A stretch of 40,000 nucleotides of DNA from an uncultured phage cr115_1: sequence record NC_055898.1; one strand, written 5' to 3'. The first letter of the stretch is position 1; each line of letters opens with the position of its first letter. Positions 10,206 to 19,986 of this stretch are shown piece by piece. A program made the position numbers and the translations under genes. The notes under the pieces are model-generated. The model worked only from the letters and a program-made list of their open reading frames with translations, did not search any database and was not told where the DNA came from.

Positions 10206-12251
10206 TTAATTAAATGTATATACATCGTCATCGACTTGACTGAAGTTATCGTCATAACTCCAGCTACTATAAGTAAAGAGAGGGCCGTCGAATAATAATC
10301 TCTCTCTGTTAGTTTTCTTCTTCTCTTTTACAACTACATTATATAGTTGTTCACGATAGATCATTACCTGCATCAACGCCATCACACGGTCAAAGTTACC
10401 TATATCATTATAACCTATAAGCTCTTCTAATAGCGGTTCTGATAATATATCGTGTAGGTTTTTATGCCCTGGAGATTTCTCATCATTTAACCAATCTTTA
10501 ATGAGTCCTTCACCCCATTGTTTAATTTGTTTATTCATGTGACAACCTTTCTTTCGTTGCACTTTAGAATTGCTGATGATATCAGATATAATGTCTGGCT
10601 AATCAGCCAAAAGATAGTCACAATGCTTAGCAGTAAAGTATGGAAACAAACCTTTACGCTCATTTTCATACATAATTCTGCCATTGTAATAAACTGCGAG
10701 TTTACGTAAGTTTTCATAATATTCCTCTGCTGTAGCAGGCCTTCCTGTATACTCAGCTACTATTATATCATAGTAGTTTTCAAAATTCTAAAATCTCTTA
10801 TATACAAAAGTAGAACCTAATGAATTAGTACCAGATTGATCATGATCATAAGGGTCTACTCCAAGTATATATAAACCAATAGGAGCATCCTTTACAGGAT
10901 GTTCCCATATAACTATAGAACCAGTAGGATCATCCTCTTTGGATAGAGGATAATGAGTAATATCACCTTGTTTTTTTATTACCCATTTAAGACTACCATC
11001 TGATTCCCATACTAAATCACCTATCTATTTATGATTTGATAATTTCTTATTTGTACGTATTTTAGCTAGTTGTTCTTGTAACTCTTTCTTCGGGAATATA
11101 TTACCATTGAATTCTAGACATGCTTCAGCTGGAGTAATACAACGTTCTGCCACATAACGGTCTACTGCTACAGAACTAGTGGCATTCTCTATTACGTCTT
11201 TACGCTGTTGTAATACATATTCTAAAGCTTTATGTCTTATAGTATTACCATCATTATCCATATACATACGATTCCCCTATTCATCTCGTATGTCCATGTT
11301 TGTATACTGAGGTATGAAGAAACCACATTTAGTATCTCCTACATTCTCATCCCATATGTTATCGAGCTCTAAACAATTATAACCTTTAGGCTTATAAAAC
11401 ATGTCTTTAAGAGTAAAGAAGTTAGAATCTTCATCCCCACCAGTACCAAATGCTATCATAGTAGCAAATGCTCTACCGTCATTCTCTACAGAAGGTCTAG
11501 CAATTTGCCATGCTGCACCTAATTCTTTAAATGAACCAGCTTCTTCAAATAGAATAAGGTTAGCTTTTTTACCACGTACTACATCAGGATTGTCTTTCAA
11601 AGTAACCCCAATAATTTCAGATTTATAACCTACTTCTATTTGATTACCGTATTCATCCTTCATACTTACTGCAGCACGTTTACGTAACTGAGTATTTACA
11701 GCTCTTTTCTTACCCCATGCAGTATGTTCATCTATAAAGTCTAAGTAGTCCCAAGCTTTAGTAAGGATACCATCATCTGTTAAATATTGCTTATTTGAAG
11801 CATATACATATGATTTTGAGTTAGGTATAAGATAGTAATTACGACATAACATAGCTGCTCCTTTATAGGAGTAACCTTTACGTCTAGACTTAAGTACACA
11901 TAAATGTTTACCCTATTTATGAGCTTCATTTACTGCATTAAAATAATAATAATCGTAGTCCCAAAAATCAGGAAATGTAACCAACTATTCTGATACTACT
12001 TCCCCATTTACTATACTATTGACAGTACGATTAATAGGACAATAATTTAAATAAAAATAGTTATATCCACTAATGAAGTCACCATCATCAGCTGTATAAC
12101 CATTAATACAACGTTCCTTTTCCTCTGTCCAGAAACGCATATATTCTGCCGTACCTTTAGGGTGTGGGCAGTATTGACCTGTTCTAATATATGTAAGAGC
12201 AGGCTATCTGAACTTATTACTATTTACTATCTTTTTATTAAAGTCTACCAT
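10206..12251 (-). CDS. terL: Terminase large subunit (TAG-recoded, ~681 codons)
   Basis: Track ORFs 10206..10562, 11025..11267 and 11277..11852 share one frame from ATG 12251 (MVDFNKKIVNSNKFR[TAG]PALTYIRTGQYCPHPKGTAEYMRFWTEEKERC...). Contains ATPase-like ...LCVLKSRRKGYSYKGA and KKANLILFEEAGSF (Walker B-like). Multiple in-frame TAGs, e.g. LLAD[TAG]PDIIS, RF[TAG]NFENYYD. Confidence 0.8.
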
Positions 12252-12339
12252 ATTGTATATTTAAAAGGGGCGCGTTTCACAACGAACCCCTTCTATTGAG
12301 ATAATATTTATTAACCTAAAATTCTCTTAATCATGAAAA

Positions 12340-12860
12340 ATATATTGGGGAGATTTCTGTAGCTGTAACCTAGTTTCTTGAGCTGTGGTTTTATACGCCG
12401 TATGTTTAGTACTCCCCACCTGGGCTAATATTACCCCAGACTACCTGTTCACGATAACTACCTATCCAACAAGTTTCCTTCTGCTATTATAGTTTCAAAG
12501 GACTGGTATTTTAAATTAGTAGTCCCTGTAGGTATCGATCCCACTCCTCCCGGGTTCATACTACACTTACTTTTACATAAGCCTTCTCAGTGAGAAGTTG
12601 TAGTCTGGACTATTTCATGACCATATTCTACTAGAACTTAGGCCTCTCCCGTATAGTCTCTACGCCATTTATCAGCAGATGCTGAATTTAGTAAGCCATC
12701 GCCAAAGTAATATCGCTATTACGAGGTTTCTGTTTGTTAGAGAGATTTTTCAATACATATTTCTACGTAAAGCTCCTACCTAAAAGAGCCGGGCGCGCTA
12801 GCCAGTACGCAAAGGGACAGTGCACGTGGATATTCTTACCCTCCACGTAAGGGCCCCTTA
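12340..12860 (-). ncRNA. Structured non-coding region with a group I intron-like P7/P8 core; boundaries uncertain
   Basis: No ORF in either genetic code between terL (12251) and the 50-aa ORF (12888). Minus strand reads AAATTCAGCATCTGCTGATAAATGGCGTAGAGACTATACGGGAGAGGCCTAAGTTCTAGTAGAATATGGTCATGAAATAGTCCAGAC. GACUAU (12653-12658) pairs with AUAGUC (12608-12613) around a P8-like hairpin. Confidence 0.35.
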
Positions 12861-12887
12861 AGGGTTAAATTAATGATATCTATAAAT

Positions 12888-13040
12888 TTAAAACCAGCTC
12901 TTGATACGCTTAGCTATTCTTTTATACCAAGGTTTTACTTGCAATCTAGCTGCTTCACATTCAGCAATTGCTTCCTCAACAGTTTTGGTATCATCAGTTA
13001 AATCTACGATAATTGTAGGCATTTTTGTATTTTTATCCAT
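12888..13040 (-). CDS. 50-aa small protein MDKNTKMPTIIVDLTDDTKTVEEAIAECEAARLQVKPWYKRIAKRIKSWF
   Basis: ATG to TAA reading frame just upstream of the structured region; absent from the ORF track because it is short. Confidence 0.5.
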   Translation of the reverse strand: MDKNTKMPTIIVDLTDDTKTVEEAIAECEAARLQVKPWYKRIAKRIKSWF

Positions 13041-13095
13041 AATCTCAATTTTGTATTATTAAACGTTGTTGTTATTTTTTAGTGTTTATCAAATG

Positions 13096-13641
13096 TTATA
13101 CTCTAACATTTTGATTAGGAAGTTCAAATAGATTAATCTTAGCGTCACCTTTTACTTTACTAGTTTCAAGCTCACCAGACTTAACAGCTTTCTCTAAGTA
13201 ATCTAGAGTAACGAATGTATCTTTTACTTTGGCGAATCCTGCATAATACTTCTCTATTTTCTTTTCATCAAGTTCTTCTAATAGAGAATCTTTATAGTAT
13301 TTATTGAAGGTATCTAGCTTTAATCTAATGCTATCTAGCATATCTAAAGTACGAGTATGTTGTAACCTAATAAAGCTATCTTCTGCTTTTTGTTCATCTT
13401 CAGTAAGCTCATAATCTGTATTTCCTAAGAATTCTTCTTTTAGCTTACTTTCTATTTGATCATATGGAATACTCAGTACATAAGGACTATCCCATTTATT
13501 CTTAAATACTATATAACTAAGTATTGCAGTAGCGTGTTGTTTATCAGCTTTATCTGATTCCCATATTTTCTTAAAAGCAGGTATAGCTAAAGCGTTTTCA
13601 TGTATTACTACTTTTCCTCCTATTATATCAAATAGTTTCAT
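13096..13641 (-). CDS. Hypothetical phage protein
   Basis: 181-aa ORF, tight spacing with neighbours. Confidence 0.65.
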   Translation of the reverse strand: MKLFDIIGGKVVIHENALAIPAFKKIWESDKADKQHATAILSYIVFKNKWDSPYVLSIPYDQIESKLKEEFLGNTDYELTEDEQKAEDSFIRLQHTRTLDMLDSIRLKLDTFNKYYKDSLLEELDEKKIEKYYAGFAKVKDTFVTLDYLEKAVKSGELETSKVKGDAKINLFELPNQNVRV

Positions 13642-13653
13642 AATTATTATATA

Positions 13654-13998
13654 TTAGTTACTTGATACGTTTGAGACACATTCACACTTAGAGAAAGTGC
13701 TGCTTATTTTATGTTTTTTATCTTGCATCTTTGCAATATGATCTTTAATAGTTTTATCACTAATTACAGCATAAACAAAAGTTTTATCATCAAGTTTATA
13801 TGTTTTTGCTATTAAATCACCCTTAGATACTTTTACATTTTCAGTAGTTCCATCTTTTTTTGTGATACTGTATTCTCCATCTTCAGGAACAATCCATATA
13901 TAATCGAAATAGAAACTATCTAAAACAGTTACCTCATTTGTATCCGGATTATAACCTATCATGCAACTACTATTATTGTCATTTACGTATTTATTCAT
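13654..13998 (-). CDS. Hypothetical phage protein
   Basis: 114-aa ORF in the minus-strand operon. Confidence 0.6.
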   Translation of the reverse strand: MNKYVNDNNSSCMIGYNPDTNEVTVLDSFYFDYIWIVPEDGEYSITKKDGTTENVKVSKGDLIAKTYKLDDKTFVYAVISDKTIKDHIAKMQDKKHKISSTFSKCECVSNVSSN

Positions 13999-14000
13999 AA

Positions 14001-14171
14001 TTAATCTATTCTATAATCAGTATAATATTCTTTTTGTAATCTCGCTAATATTACTCTAGCTTGTTTCTCTGAACAATTAGGATTTGTATATTCAGGATTA
14101 TTCTGATACTTGTTTATCACTGTCTGATAATACGCTATCTCCTGTTCTAGACTTTCCTTTGTTATATTCAT
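14001..14171 (-). CDS. Small ORF (56 aa), unknown
   Basis: MNITKESLEQEIAYYQTVINKYQNNPEYTNPNCSEKQARVILARLQKEYYTDYRID*; fills the gap between 13998 and 14098 but overlaps the upstream ORF by 74 nt. Confidence 0.4.
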   Translation of the reverse strand: MNITKESLEQEIAYYQTVINKYQNNPEYTNPNCSEKQARVILARLQKEYYTDYRID

Positions 14172-14841
14172 AAATAGTTTCTTCTACTAAGTCTTTTAAT
14201 CTATCTTTATAGGAACACAGTTTTGCTATAACCTCTTCATTAGAACCATATAAATTACGATCTGTAATTATTCCTTTAACTACATTTTTGTTATTATCTT
14301 CTATAATAGCTCCAGTTTCATCTTCGCTTAACCAGTAATTAAAGTTCGTTTTTTTAGCCAGCTCTTTAGATAGCTCTCTAATCGAACGAGATATTTCTTT
14401 CTTTAAACCACTGATAGTGTCAAATTCAGATCTTCTATCTAACTCTTCTTTGGAAGAAAGTTGTATCTTATCGAGTATGTCATTACAACTATTTATTTTT
14501 TCTTCAATACGCTCATCTAGAGCTTTAGATAAATCTTCAACAGTTGCTTTTCTAAAAGTGTGTTTACTTATCCACAGCATTGCTATTGCATTCCAAGCAA
14601 CTTGAGCTAAGTGATGGCAACCAGTATCTTTGTCAATAGCATTACCTTTTTCATACTCAAGTAAGTGTCTTAGCATGGCAGCTTTATAGCGTTGGTAACC
14701 ATTATCTAAGTTCTGCCAATTATTATCACCATACTTGATAGAACCGGCTGTGTATACTTTTACGATGTCTTCAATTTCTTCTAGGGGCAACAAATCCCAT
14801 CTTAATTTCTTGTCTAAGAAATCATTCTTCTTTCCTTCCAT
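14098..14841 (-). CDS. dATP/dGTP diphosphohydrolase-like (DUF5664-type) N-terminal domain
   Basis: RWDLLPLEEIEDIVKVYTAGSIKYGDNNWQNLDN...RYKAAMLRHLLEYEKGNAIDKDTGCHHLAQVAWNAIAMLW pattern. Confidence 0.7.
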   Translation of the reverse strand: MEGKKNDFLDKKLRWDLLPLEEIEDIVKVYTAGSIKYGDNNWQNLDNGYQRYKAAMLRHLLEYEKGNAIDKDTGCHHLAQVAWNAIAMLWISKHTFRKATVEDLSKALDERIEEKINSCNDILDKIQLSSKEELDRRSEFDTISGLKKEISRSIRELSKELAKKTNFNYWLSEDETGAIIEDNNKNVVKGIITDRNLYGSNEEVIAKLCSYKDRLKDLVEETIYEYNKGKSRTGDSVLSDSDKQVSE

Positions 14842-15262
14842 CTTCTTTATTTCTTAAATAATCTATCATAAATTGACCTACTTTACCTGCTATCCAACCT
14901 AGTAAATAAGCGTAAGGTTCGTTACCTTGATCATATCCTTGTCCTACTCCTCCTATTATATCCCATATTACATCAGTGGCATGAGTAGATTCATGAGCAG
15001 CTACTTCTATAGCTGTACCATCTAATTTATCTGGAGTTTCTATAAGTATGAGTACTCCTTTATCTCCCGTTCTTTTATCTCTTACTATAAAGGTGACCCC
15101 ATCTGCACTTGCTGGACTAATAGGAGAGCCATTATTCTCTTTATTCAGTAAATCTTTAATAGTAGGATAAAACAAGAACTTTCTCTTCATTTCTTCAAAA
15201 CAATCTATGGTAGAAATATATATATCTACAGGATATATATCAAGGCAGTATTTTCTAATCAT
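14822..15262 (-). CDS. Zincin-like protein with HESTH motif
   Basis: GTAIEVAAHESTHATDVIWDIIGG contains HExxH with flanking hydrophobic residues. Confidence 0.5.
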   Translation of the reverse strand: MIRKYCLDIYPVDIYISTIDCFEEMKRKFLFYPTIKDLLNKENNGSPISPASADGVTFIVRDKRTGDKGVLILIETPDKLDGTAIEVAAHESTHATDVIWDIIGGVGQGYDQGNEPYAYLLGWIAGKVGQFMIDYLRNKEDGRKEE

Positions 15263-15515
15263 CTTTTATTACTTTATATATATTAGCAATAGCTCTATTA
15301 CTAAGTAAGTACACATACAAAAATACTTCATCTGACAATCTATAAGTTGAATCAGGGGTAATGATTTCATTGCTACCTTCTTTAATTTGTATCGTGCATT
15401 CATCTTTCTGACCTATTGGATAAGACATTTTGTAATATATCATGAGCTCTACTAATTCTGTTAGAATGTCATTTTGTGGTATCTTTGTTATCCGTATCTT
15501 CTTTCTTTCGCTCAT
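15255..15515 (-). CDS. Hypothetical phage protein
   Basis: 86-aa ORF. Confidence 0.55.
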   Translation of the reverse strand: MSERKKIRITKIPQNDILTELVELMIYYKMSYPIGQKDECTIQIKEGSNEIITPDSTYRLSDEVFLYVYLLSNRAIANIYKVIKDD

Positions 15516-15678
15516 ATACCTTCTTAATCTTGATTTTACCTAAGTAAGTGAATAGCATAGGTCTTTCATCACCTTCTGTTATTCTTCTATTAGCGAACAT
15601 AAAAGGGTGATTACATATAACCTTTATTACCTAACTAGGAAGTTGATATTTATTACTTAGTTCAGAATATATACTCAT
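15469..15678 (-). CDS. Small TAG-recoded protein MSIYSELSNKYQLPS[Q]VIKVICNHPFMFANRRITEGDERPMLFTYLGKIKIKKVYERKKEDTDNKDTTK
   Basis: Reading frame ATG to TGA with a single in-frame TAG; good length and composition; missing from the track. Confidence 0.6.
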
Positions 15679-16090
15679 TCCAGTTTTTTTCATTTGATAA
15701 CTCTCTAATATTATAATATTTGCTATTCAAGAAAGCTTGTAAATCATTAGTATTATCTGAGAATGTGTTAGTTCTAATAATATTAATTGTTGCAAATAGA
15801 TCTTCAATTTTTATACCTTCTTCTGAACTTGTAGCAATATCACCATTAAATTCTAGAATCTTTTCTAATGTACTAATCTCTTTCTTACTATAGTTCTTTT
15901 TAGGTTCAGCAATAATAACGTCTGTATTTTTACTAAACACATTTACTAAATCACACGAATCTTTAAAGATAACAAAATGATTATAAGGTAATACTTTCTT
16001 GCTTAGCTTAGCCCAAAATCTCTTAAACCAATTATACTTTTTACATAATAAGACACAACCTGGTTTAAGTGTTACATATTGTATATTCAT
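15662..16090 (-). CDS. Hypothetical phage protein
   Basis: 142-aa ORF. Confidence 0.6.
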   Translation of the reverse strand: MNIQYVTLKPGCVLLCKKYNWFKRFWAKLSKKVLPYNHFVIFKDSCDLVNVFSKNTDVIIAEPKKNYSKKEISTLEKILEFNGDIATSSEEGIKIEDLFATINIIRTNTFSDNTNDLQAFLNSKYYNIRELSNEKNWNEYIF

Positions 16091-16091
16091 A

Positions 16092-16463
16092 TTATTCTTT
16101 CTCCAATCTAAGTACGATAGTTAGCTGAACTCTATCTCCTATTATTTCAGGTATTAATGCAGGATTAACCATCCATTCATCATCAGCTTTACCTTTTATT
16201 ATCAGACCTTTATCTCTTAATTTCCCTATGTATCTACTTAAGTTATCACTAGTAATGCCTGTTGCAGCTTTTAGATAACGTCTGTTTTCGGTACTTATCA
16301 CATTTTTGCTGTACCCAGGGAGCTTAGGAGTATTAATATCTATGTCAATTAATAAAACCATCAAGTCTTGCTCCCTAGTGGTCAGCTAAAGTACACCATC
16401 AAGTGATTTGAGGAATTCTCTGTAAAGATCTGTTTTTTTCACAGCCTTCACTAATTTATTCAT
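16092..16463 (-). CDS. Small protein with helix-turn-helix-like region (TAG-recoded, 123 codons)
   Basis: MNKLVKAVKKTDLYREFLKSLDGVL[TAG]LTTREQDLMVLLIDIDIN... continuous with track ORF 16092..16364; ATGITSDNLSRYIGKLRDKGLI looks like a winged-helix recognition helix. Confidence 0.6.
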
Positions 16464-16863
16464 TGATAATTTCCTTTACCTTTTTAAGAATTTGATTCAT
16501 ATTGAAATATACTGTATCTGCTTCAACCTTAACGCAAGTAGGAATCTCTTGATTATTATAGGCTTCTACTAAAGCATCATGGTCTTTCTTATATTGAGCT
16601 TCTAGTGTATCTACTAAATCAGATAATGCACACAATTTATCAATTGCAGAAAGCTCTTCATTTTCATCTTCGATGACTAACAGATTACCTGATTCTACAA
16701 ACTCTTCTGCCGTTTCCTCATCCATACAAATATAACGTGAACACTTCTCACTATCATTTTCAGTTGTCATACTGAATTCATACAAATTAGTGTCTTCATT
16801 ATAAGTAAGCATATCACCTTTTTGTGCAGATGCAAATTCTTTAATTACTTTATAGTTCTTCAT
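16456..16863 (-). CDS. Hypothetical phage protein
   Basis: 135-aa ORF. Confidence 0.6.
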   Translation of the reverse strand: MKNYKVIKEFASAQKGDMLTYNEDTNLYEFSMTTENDSEKCSRYICMDEETAEEFVESGNLLVIEDENEELSAIDKLCALSDLVDTLEAQYKKDHDALVEAYNNQEIPTCVKVEADTVYFNMNQILKKVKEIINE

Positions 16864-17029
16864 AATAATTATTATTTAGTTGTTTAATAGTTGTTACATA
16901 TACCTAAACGGTAAATGTTAAAATAGTATCTATTCTTTAACATTTGTTAACTTATATTTAAGTAATGACATGAAAAAAGGCTAGATCCGCAGACCTAGCC
17001 CCACAACAACTATTAATACGCATTAATAT

Positions 17030-17383
17030 TTAGTCTTTTCTTGCTATAATATCATAAGGTTTAACTAACTGACTATCCTTAAATAAGTCAAAGTCTTTAG
17101 CAAACTTCTTATTAAATACTATTGTATCTCCTACTTTAAAGTCTGTTATATTTAGACTTTCTGGAATAGCAAGTACAATTCCTAATCTCCACTCTGACTC
17201 TACTTCTTTTACTTCAGTCTTAGTCTCAAACTTCTCATAACCATCAACATCTTTTTCACCTGTACCAACTGCTTCGGTTATTTCTTTCTTTAGCTTAATA
17301 GGTTCAAGAGGTTTAACTAACACATCTTTCAGAGGAGTATAACCAATTCCATTAATTACTGTTTCTAGTACTTTATCTTCCAT
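17030..17383 (-). CDS. GroES/Cpn10-like co-chaperonin domain protein
   Basis: YTPLKDVLVKPLEP...WRLGIVLAIPESLNITDFKVGDTIVFNKKFAKDFDLFKDSQLVKPYDIIARKD resembles GroES order (PL.DRVLVKP..., G.VLAVG, VKVGD.V.F..., ...ILA). Confidence 0.5.
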   Translation of the reverse strand: MEDKVLETVINGIGYTPLKDVLVKPLEPIKLKKEITEAVGTGEKDVDGYEKFETKTEVKEVESEWRLGIVLAIPESLNITDFKVGDTIVFNKKFAKDFDLFKDSQLVKPYDIIARKD

Positions 17384-17411
17384 AATATTCTTATTTATAT
17401 TCTATAACGTA

Positions 17412-17576
17412 TTATTTGTTGTTTTGTTTCTTTAATCTCAATATATTTCCGCCATTAGAACAGCAGTATCTCCTAGCTAAAGTAGGACAATTTTTATCTA
17501 AGTAATAGCAACCATCACAACTACCTATAGGATTAGGCTCTACTATAAACTATTTGTTATCTATTGTTACTGGCAT
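17412..17576 (-). CDS. Cys-rich small protein, TAG-recoded
   Basis: MPVTIDNK[TAG]FIVEPNPIGSCDGCYYLDKNCPTLARRYCCSNGGNILRLKKQNNK*. Confidence 0.55.
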
Positions 17577-17838
17577 TCTGTTCTTTACTATCTTCGCTAA
17601 TTCCTGGTCGTTCAAAGTCATTATCTTCAATTTTGTATATCCATATAAAGTAGTCTACTATATACTTAGCCATTTCACTAGTTTCACCATCTTCTATGTA
17701 GCTATTCACAACCGCATTATAAGTAGACTCATCAAAAGATAAGCTATTATTATCTATAATAGCTCCGTTATCTAATAGCTTTTGATTTATTCTTTCTAAT
17801 CCCTTTATAGAAGGATTATATTCTACAATATTTAACAT
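17557..17838 (-). CDS. Hypothetical phage protein
   Basis: 93-aa ORF. Confidence 0.55.
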   Translation of the reverse strand: MLNIVEYNPSIKGLERINQKLLDNGAIIDNNSLSFDESTYNAVVNSYIEDGETSEMAKYIVDYFIWIYKIEDNDFERPGISEDSKEQNASNNR

Positions 17839-18032
17839 TCTTTTTTACATTTTTTAAGTATAAATCCCTGAGTACATAAGGAAGTAATTCTAGAAGGGCA
17901 ATAGCAATTGTATAGATCACATCCTTGACACATACCTTTTACTTCATTCTCTACTAAAGTATAAGGTTTATTACCAAAATATACTTTCTTACCTAAGTAA
18001 GCTACTTCTTTAATTTGTTGCTGTTTCTTCAT
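17832..18032 (-). CDS. Cys-rich small protein, likely metal-binding
   Basis: VKGMCQGCDLYNCYCPSRITSLCTQGFILKKCKKEC. Confidence 0.55.
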   Translation of the reverse strand: MKKQQQIKEVAYLGKKVYFGNKPYTLVENEVKGMCQGCDLYNCYCPSRITSLCTQGFILKKCKKEC

Positions 18033-18198
18033 AATATAAATATCTAAAGTAGGAGACTATAATCAGTCTATACTGTCTTAGACTGTCTTTAACTGTTATA
18101 GACAGTAACGTATAAACTCTTATAAAAGTTTCTTTTATGATAAACTTTTTAACATTTGTTAAGAACAATTATAGCTATTTAATAGCTAATTTTTAACA

Positions 18199-19059
18199 TT
18201 ATTTATGAATTAATTTATATAATTCATCGGCTAACTTCTTAGCATCTGGATGAGCTGCACCACTGCAACGTAATTCAAAGAAATGTTCCCAATCACTTTC
18301 AAAGCCTGTCATTACTAATTCTGTCTTAGTTGCATTAGGTAGTACTCCACGAGCTTCTTGAGGCTTCAAACCTTTATTTATTAGTAATCTATATTGCATT
18401 CCTGCATTGTTCAAACACCATAAAAAGTTATCTGCTATGCCATTATCTGAAGGCAATTGAATCTTCATATTATCAATATCACACCAATCACCATCCCAAT
18501 ATGTGTAATCACCAGTAGGTATATTTAACCAAGTAGGTTTAATAAAAGTAAGTTCATTATTGAATTTATCCTTACTGTAGTTACAATATCTTTGAGACTC
18601 CTGTGCAAAGCTGAATACTCTGTGTCTAACAAACTCATGACTTACTCCTCTATCACATATAAATTTAGCTGTAATACGCTTTTCATGATGCTCTGTAGGT
18701 TCTACTTGGTATTGTAAATCGTCTAATCTATTATTCTCTACTATTACTCGTAGATTAGTTGTCACATATATTGAATTTCCATGTTTACGAACTCTAGTAT
18801 ATTTCTTGTGATTACCATCTGACCAATATAGTCTAGCTGGTGGAAGATGTCCGTCTTCTGTTTTATCTATCTTTAAATATATGGTACCATGCTCTAACAT
18901 AGCTCCATGACCAAGCTTAATCATACGATCTACAAACTCTTTAGCACTGTTCTCTGTTATCTTATCTTCAGACTTATAACAAGTTCTACCTGCTAATTCT
19001 ATCATCTTGTAAGGGTCTTTCTCCTCAATAATCTGTACACTGGATTCTATTAATTTCAT
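18199..19059 (-). CDS. thyX: Flavin-dependent thymidylate synthase
   Basis: ThyX signature RHRVFSFAQESQRYCNYS (RHRxxSxxxxSxR) and FVDRMIKLGHGAMLEHG. Confidence 0.92.
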   Translation of the reverse strand: MKLIESSVQIIEEKDPYKMIELAGRTCYKSEDKITENSAKEFVDRMIKLGHGAMLEHGTIYLKIDKTEDGHLPPARLYWSDGNHKKYTRVRKHGNSIYVTTNLRVIVENNRLDDLQYQVEPTEHHEKRITAKFICDRGVSHEFVRHRVFSFAQESQRYCNYSKDKFNNELTFIKPTWLNIPTGDYTYWDGDWCDIDNMKIQLPSDNGIADNFLWCLNNAGMQYRLLINKGLKPQEARGVLPNATKTELVMTGFESDWEHFFELRCSGAAHPDAKKLADELYKLIHK

Positions 19060-19325
19060 ATTATATAGTTATTTGTTATATATTATATAACGCAAATATT
19101 AAGAATAATTACAGATATTTAACATAAATTAAACATATTTTAAAAATAAAATATAAAAATTTTATAAAAATTTTTTGAGAGAGGTGGTGCGTGTGTGGAG
19201 TAGCAAAAGTTCACTCCCCTGCATTTAGTATCGGAAGGGAATACCCCCGTATTGTTCTTTATGGGCATTCTCTTTCGATATTTATTTGTTTATTTTTTTT
19301 GTTTTACATTCAAATCTTTATTATC

Positions 19326-19979
19326 ATGTTGTGTTATTTACAAAGTGCAGAATTAAGACCACGAGAAGGAAAATTACCTTTCTTTATATGCAAGTGGCAA
19401 GGTGTCGTAGGCGATACAAGTGCGGACAAAGTAACGGATGAAGGAAACGGCGTTGTAAGAATTAATGTTAAGGCAGCTTTAGCCCGTAACATTACTCTGA
19501 CAAAGTCCATATTTCCCGCTGATGAAGAAGCGTTAAGCGAATGGAAAAAGTTACTCAAGTGCCGTGTTATGTACGTTCCCGAAAAGAATGAAGATGGAAC
19601 GTATAAAAAAGACGATAACGGTAATTACATTCTCAATGAGAGAGTAAAAGAGGAGAATAAAAACAAATGTGTAGTAAATTTACTTTACAAGCAAGTAGAT
19701 TTAGCTTCTATCAGTGACGAGGTAAAACGCATTGAGTATACCACTTCTGACGGGCGAATAATGAAACAGAGCTTTATCACTGTTATTGGTTTTGCTGATG
19801 AAAAGGACGTTTGGGCTGAAGAAATCACGCCTGAAGAAATGGCAGCAAACAATCTTCGCACTAATCTTGCCAACGGTACGTATATCGATATCACGGATGA
19901 AGAAGAAGAAAAAGAAGCCAAACCAACCAAAACGGAAAGTAAAAAATCTACACAAGCCTCTGATGACGATTGGGATTAA
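19326..19979 (+). CDS. First plus-strand gene; acidic-tail protein, possible SSB-like
   Basis: In-frame ATG at 19326 is a more plausible start than 19191. MLCYLQSAELRPREGKLPFF... and acidic C-terminus ...STQASDDDWD. Confidence 0.6.
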   Translation: MLCYLQSAELRPREGKLPFFICKWQGVVGDTSADKVTDEGNGVVRINVKAALARNITLTKSIFPADEEALSEWKKLLKCRVMYVPEKNEDGTYKKDDNGNYILNERVKEENKNKCVVNLLYKQVDLASISDEVKRIEYTTSDGRIMKQSFITVIGFADEKDVWAEEITPEEMAANNLRTNLANGTYIDITDEEEEKEAKPTKTESKKSTQASDDDWD

Positions 19980-19986
19980 CGGAGAC

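Noticed and set aside
10535-10717. Independent minus-strand ORF 10535..10717
   Set aside because: Out of frame with the recoded terminase that spans the same DNA.
7115-12251. Portal and terminase as a set of broken pseudogenes
   Set aside because: Every break read directly is a TAG in one continuous frame, with no frameshift, and genuine ends are TAA or TGA. Recoding explains the pattern better than decay.
19191-19325. N-terminal extension of the first plus-strand ORF starting at 19191
   Set aside because: The extension overlaps the promoter/leader region and its translation is atypical; the ATG at 19326 is preferred.
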